Assembly (NCBI GenBank): GCA_043809315.1
Contig: JAZDDX010000001.1
Span: forward strand, 1 to 59,459
Direction of reading: 5' to 3'
DNA: 59,459 bases
Source of the DNA: Pseudomonadota bacterium
GTDB lineage: Bacteria > Bdellovibrionota_G > JALEGL01 > DATDPG01
Made by a program: the position numbers and the translations under genes
Shown here: positions 40,794 through 49,302 of the stretch, in pieces
Layout of the letters: each line of letters opens with the position of its first letter
How positions within the stretch are numbered: the stretch's first letter is position 1
Notes under the pieces: model-generated
What the model was told of the DNA's origin: nothing
Databases searched by the model: none
Seen by the model: only the letters and a program-made list of their open reading frames with translations

Positions 40794-42151
40794 CGGAACG
40801 CACGCTCCGTGAGGCGCGACACCAGGAAGCGGATCTTACCGCTCGACGTTCGCGGCACCGCCGTCACCCGTTCGATGGTGATCCGGACGTCGTTTCCGAC
40901 CCGTAGCTGAAGAACGTTCCGCAGCGTCGCCTCCTCCGCCTCGGAGAAGCCAGGGGAGGGGGCCACCAATACGCGGATCGAATCGGGTCGCTCCTGAATC
41001 ACCTGTGACTCCCGGATTCCGTCCACCTGGAAAATCACCTGGTCGAGATCCGCAATCACCTTTCCCGAGGGGGTGATCAGCAGATCTTCCATCCGCCCCT
41101 GGATCATTCCGATGACCGGGAGCGCGCGGCCGCAACGGCACGGGTCGGTTCGCGGGATCGCAAGATCCCCCGTTTCGTACCGGAGAAACGGCATCGCCCG
41201 GTTCCAGAAACCGGTCGCCACGATCTTCGAAAGACCCGGGTGCGGGCCCGGAAGGAGTTCAACAAGTCCGAACTCCGCATGAACGTGCATGGTTCCCTGC
41301 TCGCATTCGCTCATGGCGGCGCACTTCTCCTGAAGCCCGTAATAGTCCCGGACCGGTGCTTTCCAAATCGTCTCGAGGTCGGATCGCATCGCCGGCGTGA
41401 GCGTTTCCGACTGCGTCCAGATCCCTTTCAGGGATGGGAGACGAATCCCACGCGTACGGAGTTCGAGTCCGAGAACTCGCGCGATCGACGGGTAGGTCCG
41501 GACGAACTGCGGATCAAATGAACGAAGAGCCTCGGTGAAGAGCGCGAAACCGTCCGGATCGAGGCGGCCGGAGGATAGGTCGAGTCGGTTCCGGTAGAGT
41601 CGAGTCGGTTCGTCGCTTCCCTCCACCGCTTCGCCGACGCAGGTCGCGATCCGATCGCCGGAACGGAAACCGGCCCAACGCCAGCCGCGGTACATCATGG
41701 CTCGTTCGGCGAGCCACGCTTCCCGGGTCGAATAGACCACCATGGGTGAGCCGGTCGATCCGCTGGTCCGATGCTGGAGCAGCGCGGCGCCGGGGACCGC
41801 TGAACTCCGGAAACGTTCGGGTTCCTGCCGGATCTCCCCCTTCGTCGTGACCGGGAGTCGCCGGAAGTCATCGAACGAACGGATCCGATCGGGATCCAGT
41901 CCCGCCTGGGCGAACTTTTCGCGATAGGCGGGAACGCTCCGGGCCGCGACACGAACAATCCGCCGAAGTTCCTCCAGTTGAAGCTCCCCGAGTCGGTCCG
42001 CGCTCCAGTGCTGGCTTCTCCAGAACCGACGATGAAGACGCGCGAACTCGAGTCCGAGGTTCCACGGGAACGGGACCATCGAAAAAGCGAGACGGAACGG
42101 CGCGCGCACCGGCGTCGGGAGGCGGTTGAGGATGGAACGTGACCGATTCAA
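40790..42151 (-). CDS. Phenylacetate-CoA ligase family protein (CapK-like adenylate-forming enzyme)
   Basis: VPAYR, LPVTTK, TSGSTGSP, YYGLQE, MPFLRYETGD, GRMED, RTSSGK. Confidence 0.88.
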   Translation of the reverse strand: MNRSRSILNRLPTPVRAPFRLAFSMVPFPWNLGLEFARLHRRFWRSQHWSADRLGELQLEELRRIVRVAARSVPAYREKFAQAGLDPDRIRSFDDFRRLPVTTKGEIRQEPERFRSSAVPGAALLQHRTSGSTGSPMVVYSTREAWLAERAMMYRGWRWAGFRSGDRIATCVGEAVEGSDEPTRLYRNRLDLSSGRLDPDGFALFTEALRSFDPQFVRTYPSIARVLGLELRTRGIRLPSLKGIWTQSETLTPAMRSDLETIWKAPVRDYYGLQEKCAAMSECEQGTMHVHAEFGLVELLPGPHPGLSKIVATGFWNRAMPFLRYETGDLAIPRTDPCRCGRALPVIGMIQGRMEDLLITPSGKVIADLDQVIFQVDGIRESQVIQERPDSIRVLVAPSPGFSEAEEATLRNVLQLRVGNDVRITIERVTAVPRTSSGKIRFLVSRLTERAFR

Positions 42152-42158
42152 GCTGCCG

Positions 42159-43376
42159 CTATCTTACAGAACTCTCTCCGCGGGATTTAAAAAAATAACC
42201 TAAAATCCGCCGCAGCCGCAGCTCGACCCGCACGGCCAGGAACTGCCAGAGGGAGCCGAGGAGAGGGAGCGGATCGGCCCAATCCCAGCGGAAAAAGGTG
42301 ACCCGGGGGAAGAGCAGAGATCGGAACCAGGTCCACCGATTCCACTCTCCAGCCCTGCGATACTCCGGCAGGGTTCGCCAATCAAAGTAGAAGTACAGCC
42401 ATCGTCGCTCCAAGGGAGACTGCTCCAGTTTCGGAAGCGGGAGACCGAGACAATCGTTGTACATCGCCAGGGGAAGGTTCACCCCCGAACGGCTCGCGAG
42501 ATGGCACCAGATGCTGAAGCGCGGATTGATCTCCAGAAGGTGGATCCGACCGGTCCGGGGGTCCCGTTTCAGATTCAGATTCGCGGGGCCGATGTAGTTC
42601 AGCCGTTCCAGGATCTCGATCGCCACCTTCGAGATCTCCGGGGCGATCCACGAACGGGTGTAACTTCCCTGACCGAATGTTCGGGGGCTGGTCCGGATCT
42701 TCCGGCCGAGAAAGAACCCGGCGACCTTCCCTGGCGCGGGAAAATAGGCATGAAAGTCGAACAACTGGTCGTCCCCACCGGGGATGAACTCTTGCACGAT
42801 GAAATCGGGGGCATCCGCAGCCGCCAGGCGTTCCACAGCCCGATTCAGATCGTCGCGATTTCCGATCAAGAGCCCTTTCCGCCAGCGACCGACGATCGAA
42901 TAAATCTTTTCGCGGGCCCAGTACCCTTGGGCCGGAGGCTTCAGCAGGCAGGGGAAGGTGACCTCCCGAATCACTTCCGGGCTCCATGAACGGGGGACCG
43001 GAAGATCGAAACGAACCGAGAGGTCCATGAATCCCGTCTTGTCGTTGACCGCTTCCATCAACGGGATGGGAGCCATCTGGATCCGGAAGAGGGGTGCGAG
43101 ACGTTCGCGGCCGCGGGAGACCATCGCCACATCCGACTCCCGTCCGGTCAGGATCGGCGGCCGACCCGGGAACGCCATGCCGATCTTGAGCAGGATCTCG
43201 ACCGCCCGTTCCGGCTCTTCCCCGAGGTTCGGTAACCGCACGTCACGGATGCAATGGCGGGATCGAAAGGTGGGGGATCGCGGGTACTCGCTGGCCACGA
43301 TGGAGGGGATCCCTACGTCGCCGAGGCTTCGTACGACGCCGACCACATCGGTCACCAGTGCGGGGATCGGTCTCAC
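42159..43376 (-). CDS. ATP-grasp carboxylate-amine ligase, paralog 2
   Basis: GTG start coupled to the upstream TGA; GVVRSLGDVG, FPCLLKP, VQEFIPG, LLEINPRF, GVNLP. Confidence 0.85.
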   Translation of the reverse strand: MRPIPALVTDVVGVVRSLGDVGIPSIVASEYPRSPTFRSRHCIRDVRLPNLGEEPERAVEILLKIGMAFPGRPPILTGRESDVAMVSRGRERLAPLFRIQMAPIPLMEAVNDKTGFMDLSVRFDLPVPRSWSPEVIREVTFPCLLKPPAQGYWAREKIYSIVGRWRKGLLIGNRDDLNRAVERLAAADAPDFIVQEFIPGGDDQLFDFHAYFPAPGKVAGFFLGRKIRTSPRTFGQGSYTRSWIAPEISKVAIEILERLNYIGPANLNLKRDPRTGRIHLLEINPRFSIWCHLASRSGVNLPLAMYNDCLGLPLPKLEQSPLERRWLYFYFDWRTLPEYRRAGEWNRWTWFRSLLFPRVTFFRWDWADPLPLLGSLWQFLAVRVELRLRRILGYFFKSRGESSVR

Positions 43377-44566
43377 GTGAACAGGCTCCGGATCTTGGAG
43401 GTGAAATAGTTGACGGCCGACCGAAGGAGCGGCCCCGGGTCTTTCCAGTCCCAGCGGAAGTAGGTGATCCCCGGACGGAGGAGGGAGAGGAGCCAACCGA
43501 GATAGCTCCATTCGCCGGCTTCCCGATATTGCCGGGCGGCACGGAGGTCGAAATGAAAGTAGAGCCAGCGCCGTTCGATCGGCGTCTGGAGCAGTTTCGG
43601 CGGGGGATATCCGAAGACATCGTTGAACATCGCTTGGGGGAAGTTCGCTCCGCAGCGGGCGGCGAAATGGCACGCCAGACCGAACCGGGGGTTGATCTCC
43701 AGAATGATTGCGCGACCGGTGGCCGGGTCGACCTTGAGATCGATGTCGGCAGCGCCGAGATAATCGATCTTCTCGAGCATCTCCAGCACCACCCGTGAGA
43801 TCCGATCGTCGTGCAACGATCGGATGTAGCTGCTCTGCCCGAACCCCCTCGGGAAGGTGCGGATCTTCCGGTGCAAAAAGGATCCTGCGACATGCCCCGG
43901 CCGGTCGCAGTACGCCTGCATTTCGTATATGTCCGTATCCCCACCACCGATGTACTCCTGAACCATGAATTCCCGGTGGACCTTCGACAGCTCCGAATGA
44001 TAACGCTTCAACTCCCCGACATCGCGGACGACGAACGCCTTTTTCCACTTCCCAACGATGGCGTAGATGGCATCCTGCAGCCAAAGGTCCTGCGAGAACG
44101 GTTTCAGGATCATCGGGAACGCGATTTCGCGGGTGACGGCGTCCAAATCCGCTTCCGTCTCCGGGAGGAAAGTTTTCGGCGCGGGGACCGAGTGGCGACG
44201 CATCAACTCGGCGAACTTCCATTTGTCCAGGCAGGTTTCGATCAGGTCGGCCGGAGCCATTTTGATCGCGAAATGGCGGGAGAGACGTTCCCGATTTCGG
44301 GAGACCAAAAGAACGTCCGATTCCCGGCCGGTCATCAGGGCCGGGCAGTCGGTCCGAGTCGATCCGATCTTGAGAAGGGAAGCGAAGGCGGCGTCGGCCT
44401 CGTACCTCATGTTCGGGACAACGTGACTCTCGATGCAGTGCCGCGACCGGAAGACCGGGCTGGTGGGGTATTCCCCCACCACGATCGATCGGATCCCGAC
44501 ATCCCCTAGACTCCGGACCACCCCCGCGACATCGGTCACCAGAGCAACGCTCATGGCCGCAAGCAT
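43373..44566 (-). CDS. ATP-grasp carboxylate-amine ligase, paralog 3
   Basis: GVVRSLGDVG, DKWKF, FPMILKP, VQEYIGG, ILEINPRF; alternative start at 44554. Confidence 0.85.
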   Translation of the reverse strand: MLAAMSVALVTDVAGVVRSLGDVGIRSIVVGEYPTSPVFRSRHCIESHVVPNMRYEADAAFASLLKIGSTRTDCPALMTGRESDVLLVSRNRERLSRHFAIKMAPADLIETCLDKWKFAELMRRHSVPAPKTFLPETEADLDAVTREIAFPMILKPFSQDLWLQDAIYAIVGKWKKAFVVRDVGELKRYHSELSKVHREFMVQEYIGGGDTDIYEMQAYCDRPGHVAGSFLHRKIRTFPRGFGQSSYIRSLHDDRISRVVLEMLEKIDYLGAADIDLKVDPATGRAIILEINPRFGLACHFAARCGANFPQAMFNDVFGYPPPKLLQTPIERRWLYFHFDLRAARQYREAGEWSYLGWLLSLLRPGITYFRWDWKDPGPLLRSAVNYFTSKIRSLFT

Positions 44567-44600
44567 ACAGGGGAATTCGGGTCCAGTCGTGTGTCCCGAA

Positions 44601-46013
44601 TTAGGCTGCGGAAGCCACTCTCTTCTCGCGATCGAACTTATCCCACCCTTTATAACCGCTGAAACTCGCGAGCGTTCCCATGAACCGGGAGATGGAGAGA
44701 ATCTGCCGGAAGCCGAGAAACTCCGCGGCTCCGACGATCGACAGGCGGAAAATGTCTCCGAGCCGGAACACGGGGTAGGCGGAGTCGAACATCATGAGGG
44801 AAACCAGGGAGAAGGTCCAGGACAGGCCGGCCGAGCACATGAGGAAGAGTCCCAGTTGCTCGAAGCTGAGTTCGCCGAACGCCCAACCGAGCGGAATCAG
44901 GAGGTAACTGAACAGCTCGATCCAGGGGCCGATGACTTCAGCAAACCACATGTACGGCATTCCGAGCCAACCCACGGTTCCGAATCGCGGATTCAAGAGC
45001 ATATTCCTGTAATGATAGGCCGCCTCGTTGGTGACGCGTTGCCAGCGATGGCGTTGCAGGTAGAGAGAGTAGGTTTTCGATGGAGCCTCCGTCCAGGCCA
45101 CAGGGTCGGGGAGGGAGAGAATCTGATACGCGATCTTCTTGTTCCGGAAATGGTGATGAACCCGGTAGGTCATCTCCATGTCGTCGCAGCTGAAATCGCG
45201 TCGGAACCCTCCCATCTCCACGATCAGATCCCTGCGCCAGAGAGAGAAGGCCCCCGAGACACACATGTTGAAATTCCCGCGGCTCCATCCGAGACGGTTG
45301 ATCAGAAAGGCGCGGAGATATTCCAGAACCTGCAGGTTCACGAGAATCCCTCCGTTTACACGATGCCGACGGATCTCCCCTTTCCGGATGTCGAAGCCGT
45401 TCGAGATGCCGATCAAGCTGCCGACGCCGACGACCTCCCGCGGGTTCCGGAGCGCCAGCCGAACCGCCTTGAGAATGGCCCCCTTTTCCAGAATCGTGTC
45501 GGCGTCGAGCGTCAGAATGTAGCGGTATCGGGCCAGGTTCACGCCGGCGTTCGTTGCATCTGCATGCGTTTCCCCGTTGACCTTGTCGATCACGATCAAG
45601 TTCGGGTACTCCCGGGAACGGAAGATCCCGCGAATCAGCTCAGTCGGGATGCTGTGGCGATAGAAGAGCGTGACCCGTTCCAGCTTGAAGTCGGTTTTCA
45701 ACCGCTCGAGGGTCGAATCTTTGGAGCCGTCGTTGACGACGATGATTTCGAAATTCGGATATCCGTTCTTCAGGACCGAGAGCACCGTGTCGGTGATCAG
45801 ATTCTCCTCGTTGTATGCAGGGATGAGAACGCTGACCGGGATCGTGAACTCCGAGGCGCGGACGATGTCGAAGTTCTCGCACCCTTCCTGCTTCACCCGG
45901 AACCGGTGTTCGAGGTAGGAGGCCAGCAGAACAACGATTTGGTATGCGTTTACCGCGAGGAAATACCCGAAGCTGACGATAAAACTGATGTGAAAGAACT
46001 CCCCCCAGCTCAT
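44601..46013 (-). CDS. Glycosyltransferase family 2, processive membrane type (PgaC/IcaA-like)
   Basis: VSVLIPAYNEE, VNDGSKD, LDADT, SGAF, DDME, QRHRW; flanking transmembrane helices. Confidence 0.9.
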   Translation of the reverse strand: MSWGEFFHISFIVSFGYFLAVNAYQIVVLLASYLEHRFRVKQEGCENFDIVRASEFTIPVSVLIPAYNEENLITDTVLSVLKNGYPNFEIIVVNDGSKDSTLERLKTDFKLERVTLFYRHSIPTELIRGIFRSREYPNLIVIDKVNGETHADATNAGVNLARYRYILTLDADTILEKGAILKAVRLALRNPREVVGVGSLIGISNGFDIRKGEIRRHRVNGGILVNLQVLEYLRAFLINRLGWSRGNFNMCVSGAFSLWRRDLIVEMGGFRRDFSCDDMEMTYRVHHHFRNKKIAYQILSLPDPVAWTEAPSKTYSLYLQRHRWQRVTNEAAYHYRNMLLNPRFGTVGWLGMPYMWFAEVIGPWIELFSYLLIPLGWAFGELSFEQLGLFLMCSAGLSWTFSLVSLMMFDSAYPVFRLGDIFRLSIVGAAEFLGFRQILSISRFMGTLASFSGYKGWDKFDREKRVASAA

Positions 46014-47242
46014 GCGGCTCCCTCGAGTTGCAGACGGTTCTTGAGACGGTCGAACAGGACCGGATCGAGCCGACTGATCTTTTCCGCCAGTTCCGGGGCT
46101 CCTTCGGCTTTGCGGATCGCGGAAAGGGCCTCGATCGCCCGTTCCCGGTGTTCATCTTCTTTGTGAAGGTCCCAGATGGCCGAGTCGACATACCCCATGT
46201 TGTCCAGGGCTTGCGCGGCCATGTTACGGGCGAACCGGTCGTTGTCCGCCAGCGTTCGAAGCAGATGATCGATCGAAGGAGGGCCCAGGGCCTCGATCGC
46301 TTCCCGGGCGTCGGCTCGGACCCACCACTCCGAATCCCTCAGAAGAACGGACAGTTTGGGAAGGGCCGCGACGACCCGTTGTTCGCCGCAGGCACGTGCG
46401 GCTTGCGCCCGCACGAACCACTCTGGATCCGAGAGAGCCGAAACGAGCGATCCGTTATCGATGCCGTCCCCGATTTTACCGAGGCTCGTAAGCGCCGCGG
46501 CTCGAACATTCGGGTTCGGGCTGGCCAGGAGAGTCTTCAACGCGGCCCGGGACGCGGCGCTGGGGTATCGTCCCAGGAGAGTCGCGGCCCAGTACTGGCT
46601 CACCGGATCGGCGGAAAGTGCCTTGCGGCGGAGCGCATCGGAAACGTCGGCCGAAGAAACCTCGATGGCAGCCGCCAGACGGGACGGGTTGACGGGGGAC
46701 CCTTTCGACAGGAGAAGAATCAGGGTTTCCACCGACCCTTTCGTATTCCAGGTGCTGAGCGCGGAAACCGCGGCGAAAACGACATCCGAATCTGGATCCA
46801 GGAGTGCCCGTCTCAACAGACGCATGGCCGGCGCATGGCGCAGGTAGCCCAGGGTGATCAAGGCATCGATCCGATTCCATCTCGGTCCGTCCGACGCGCT
46901 CCGGAGGACGGGGTCGATCCTTCCGTTCCGAACCAGCACGCGACAGAGGAGATCGCACAAACCGAAGCTGCTGATGCCGTTCAGCCGCTCGGCGGCTTTC
47001 CGAAGTTCTCCCGGATTGAGTTTCGAGAGCTGCCGGGCGATGGATGGATCGTCCTTGGAGCCAGAGACCCTGTAATTCGCGATGATCCGATCCACGACCT
47101 TCGCTATGCGATGATTCGAGCGTTGGATATGGACGCTTCGCCAGCTCTTGCCGATCACCAGGGCAAAGACCGACAAAAGGTTGACGAGGATGATGACGAA
47201 GAACGCGACCGGGAAATACTGTTCTGGATGAAAGACATGCAC
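46010..47242 (-). CDS. HEAT repeat domain membrane protein
   Basis: N-terminal transmembrane segment; repeated L.DP...VR..AA.ALG motifs. Confidence 0.85.
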   Translation of the reverse strand: MHVFHPEQYFPVAFFVIILVNLLSVFALVIGKSWRSVHIQRSNHRIAKVVDRIIANYRVSGSKDDPSIARQLSKLNPGELRKAAERLNGISSFGLCDLLCRVLVRNGRIDPVLRSASDGPRWNRIDALITLGYLRHAPAMRLLRRALLDPDSDVVFAAVSALSTWNTKGSVETLILLLSKGSPVNPSRLAAAIEVSSADVSDALRRKALSADPVSQYWAATLLGRYPSAASRAALKTLLASPNPNVRAAALTSLGKIGDGIDNGSLVSALSDPEWFVRAQAARACGEQRVVAALPKLSVLLRDSEWWVRADAREAIEALGPPSIDHLLRTLADNDRFARNMAAQALDNMGYVDSAIWDLHKEDEHRERAIEALSAIRKAEGAPELAEKISRLDPVLFDRLKNRLQLEGAA

Positions 47243-47252
47243 TGGGCCTCCT

Positions 47253-48083
47253 TTAAAACTTCAAACCGACCTCGGTTCCCAGGCCGATGTACTCAAAGGC
47301 CGGGTTCTCTCGGGCAAAGGAAACGTAAAGGGTCCAATCCAGCCGCGGGGTGAGCCCGAAGCGGTTCCCGCCGTAGACCAGGAATCCGTCCTGACTGGGG
47401 GATCCCTGGAGGCTTAAGATTCCGAAGATGCGGCTTCCGACGGCGGTCCCGACGAAAGGACGAACCCATCGATCGTCGAAGTCGTTCTGGAGACGAACCG
47501 AAAAGGCGTTGAAATGTTTGTCCGCCGCCGTTTCGAAAATGTTGAGGTATCGGAAATCCAATTGGAGATTACGCCAGTAGAAGCGGACGAACGGCGTAAT
47601 CGTGTGGATGTCCGTCGTGTTGTATTTGAGGAAATAGTATCCCGCGCCGAACGAGAGATTTCGGAGATAGAGTTCCAGTTCGGCATCGGTCCGAACGCGA
47701 TAGACGAAGTCGTGGTCGGGACTGGGAGCGACCAAACCGCGAAGCCATAGCGGACCGTAGACCTTGAGGTACCCCTCCAGCCCGAGCACCTGGTCGAACT
47801 GGCTGGTTCGGGCCGGAATCCTGTGACTGAAGATCAAGGCGAACCGGCTCTTGTCCACATACCCGATGCTGTAATGAACCTCCTGCCAATCGGTTCCGTT
47901 GAGCGGGGGTCCTTCGTCGGAGAGGAAATCCCATTCTCCCCCGAGAGTTGCCTGCCAATAACGGTCCGGGGAGGGTGTGGATTGGAGCCAACCGGTCGTC
48001 TCCGCGGTTGCGGAGGAGAATCCGACGAGGAAGATCCCTAGCGAAACAAGAAGATAAAGCCGTTGGGAAGAGGGGAACGGCAT
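47253..48083 (-). CDS. YaiO family outer-membrane beta-barrel protein
   Basis: Start MPFPSSQR with signal peptide, beta-strand pattern, terminal Phe; upstream of HEAT and GT2 genes, a typical arrangement. Confidence 0.65.
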   Translation of the reverse strand: MPFPSSQRLYLLVSLGIFLVGFSSATAETTGWLQSTPSPDRYWQATLGGEWDFLSDEGPPLNGTDWQEVHYSIGYVDKSRFALIFSHRIPARTSQFDQVLGLEGYLKVYGPLWLRGLVAPSPDHDFVYRVRTDAELELYLRNLSFGAGYYFLKYNTTDIHTITPFVRFYWRNLQLDFRYLNIFETAADKHFNAFSVRLQNDFDDRWVRPFVGTAVGSRIFGILSLQGSPSQDGFLVYGGNRFGLTPRLDWTLYVSFARENPAFEYIGLGTEVGLKF

Positions 48084-48135
48084 ACGGCGCTGCGTATACG
48101 CCAAGGCGGATGTTAACGCAAGGCACCAAAACCTA

Positions 48136-48885
48136 TTGAAGCCACTGGAGAATATGGCTGCGAGCGATTCGTCGCCGGCTCTTCCACGAAGCTTTCCTAC
48201 CCATCCCAAAATCTTCGGGTTGTGCTTAAATGCCACGGTGAGGATCGCGCGGGACCTTCTTTCGCAGTTCAAATCGCTCCGGCGGACGCTGTTCGTTGTC
48301 TTTGCCGCGACGTCGTTGATCCCGTTCGCGTTGGTCGTGATCCGGATGGCCAAAGGAATCCCGATCAGGATCTTCACGATCGATCCGGCTGCGACGATGA
48401 ATGCTCCGTTCTACGTCGGGATCGTCTCGACCTTCGGAATCGTGCTCTGGGGCGCCACGGCGGCCGTCTGTCTTTTTTCACATGCTCTCTCGCGAAAAAG
48501 GAAAGATTTGCGGGAGTTCTCGCAGTTCTGTCTTGCCACCGTGGCTCTCACGCTCCTGGTTCTAGCGGACGATCAACTTCAGATTCACGAGAAACTGGTG
48601 CCGTACTTTCTCCGGATCTCGGAAGCCTGGGTTTACGGTCTGTATCTGGTCCTCACGATGTTTTACTCCCTTCGCTTTCGGAAATTCATTCTCAAAAGCA
48701 ATTACTTGATTCTTGCCCTGGGGGCTGGGTTTTTCGCGCTTTCGATTGCGGCGGACTTCTTTCCGCACGACCGCTCGGGGCACTATCTTTGGGAGGACGG
48801 CAGCAAGCTCTTCGGGATCGTCAGCTGGCTGACGTACAACACAGTCACCTGTTTCAAGGCGCTGCAAGAAGCGGACAGTCGATGA
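48136..48885 (+). CDS. Hypothetical integral membrane protein
   Basis: About six transmembrane helices; DP...PFYVG, LADDQLQIHE, WEDGSKLFGI; start uncertain. Confidence 0.7.
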   Translation: MKPLENMAASDSSPALPRSFPTHPKIFGLCLNATVRIARDLLSQFKSLRRTLFVVFAATSLIPFALVVIRMAKGIPIRIFTIDPAATMNAPFYVGIVSTFGIVLWGATAAVCLFSHALSRKRKDLREFSQFCLATVALTLLVLADDQLQIHEKLVPYFLRISEAWVYGLYLVLTMFYSLRFRKFILKSNYLILALGAGFFALSIAADFFPHDRSGHYLWEDGSKLFGIVSWLTYNTVTCFKALQEADSR

Positions 48886-48905
48886 TGAGAGTTTCACTCT
48901 GAAAG

Positions 48906-48922
48906 AAAAGAAACGCCCGACC
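48906..48922 (-). terminator. Remnant arm and U-tract of the rrn terminator
   Basis: aaagaaacgcccga matches one arm of the terminators at 55772 and 59348; the partner arm is missing. Confidence 0.55.
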
Positions 48923-48936
48923 CCTTGCTTAATGAA

Positions 48937-49024
48937 TGCGGCAGCGACCTACTCTCCCACTAAGCTTCCCGTGCAGTACCATCGGCTTCGATGGGCTTAA
49001 CGGCCGTGTTCGGGATGGGAACGG
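48937..49024 (-). pseudogene. 5'-truncated 5S rRNA copy (variant allele)
   Basis: 88 nt matching the 3' part of the 5S at 55813 with 5 substitutions. Confidence 0.9.
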
Positions 49025-49048
49025 CATACGGCGCTGCGTATACGCCAA
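49017..49048 (+). repeat. 32-bp exact copy of 48073-48104 (yaiO-like start region)
   Basis: gggaacggcatacggcgctgcgtatacgccaa at both sites. Confidence 0.9.
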
Positions 49049-49222
49049 CGCGATTTCGCGGGTGACGGCGTCCAAATCCGCTTCCGTCTCCGGGAGGAAA
49101 GTTTTCGGCGCGGGGACCGAGTGGCGACGCATCAACTCGGCGAACTTCCATTTAACAAGGCAGGCTTCGATCAGATCGGCCGGAGCCATTTTGATCGCGA
49201 AATGGCGGGAGAGACGTTCCCG
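49047..49222 (+). repeat. 176-bp near-identical copy of 44118-44293 (internal part of ATP-grasp paralog 3)
   Basis: Direct repeat with 5 clustered mismatches. Confidence 0.9.
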
Positions 49223-49302
49223 GCCTTGCAGAGCGGAACAGAAGAGCTAGCGCGCCGCGGCAGGCAAATACCGATGATCGTTGGGGTGATCGGCGACGGC
49301 GC

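Noticed and set aside
44433-46166. Long opposite-strand ORFs (also 22090-23655, 14887-16284, 46028-47353)
   Set aside because: Antisense shadows of well-supported genes in GC-rich DNA, with no motifs.
49047-49222. Possible diversity-generating retroelement TR/VR pair with 44118-44293
   Set aside because: The five mismatches are not adenine-specific on either strand, the target is mid-gene, and no RT or Avd gene is in the window.
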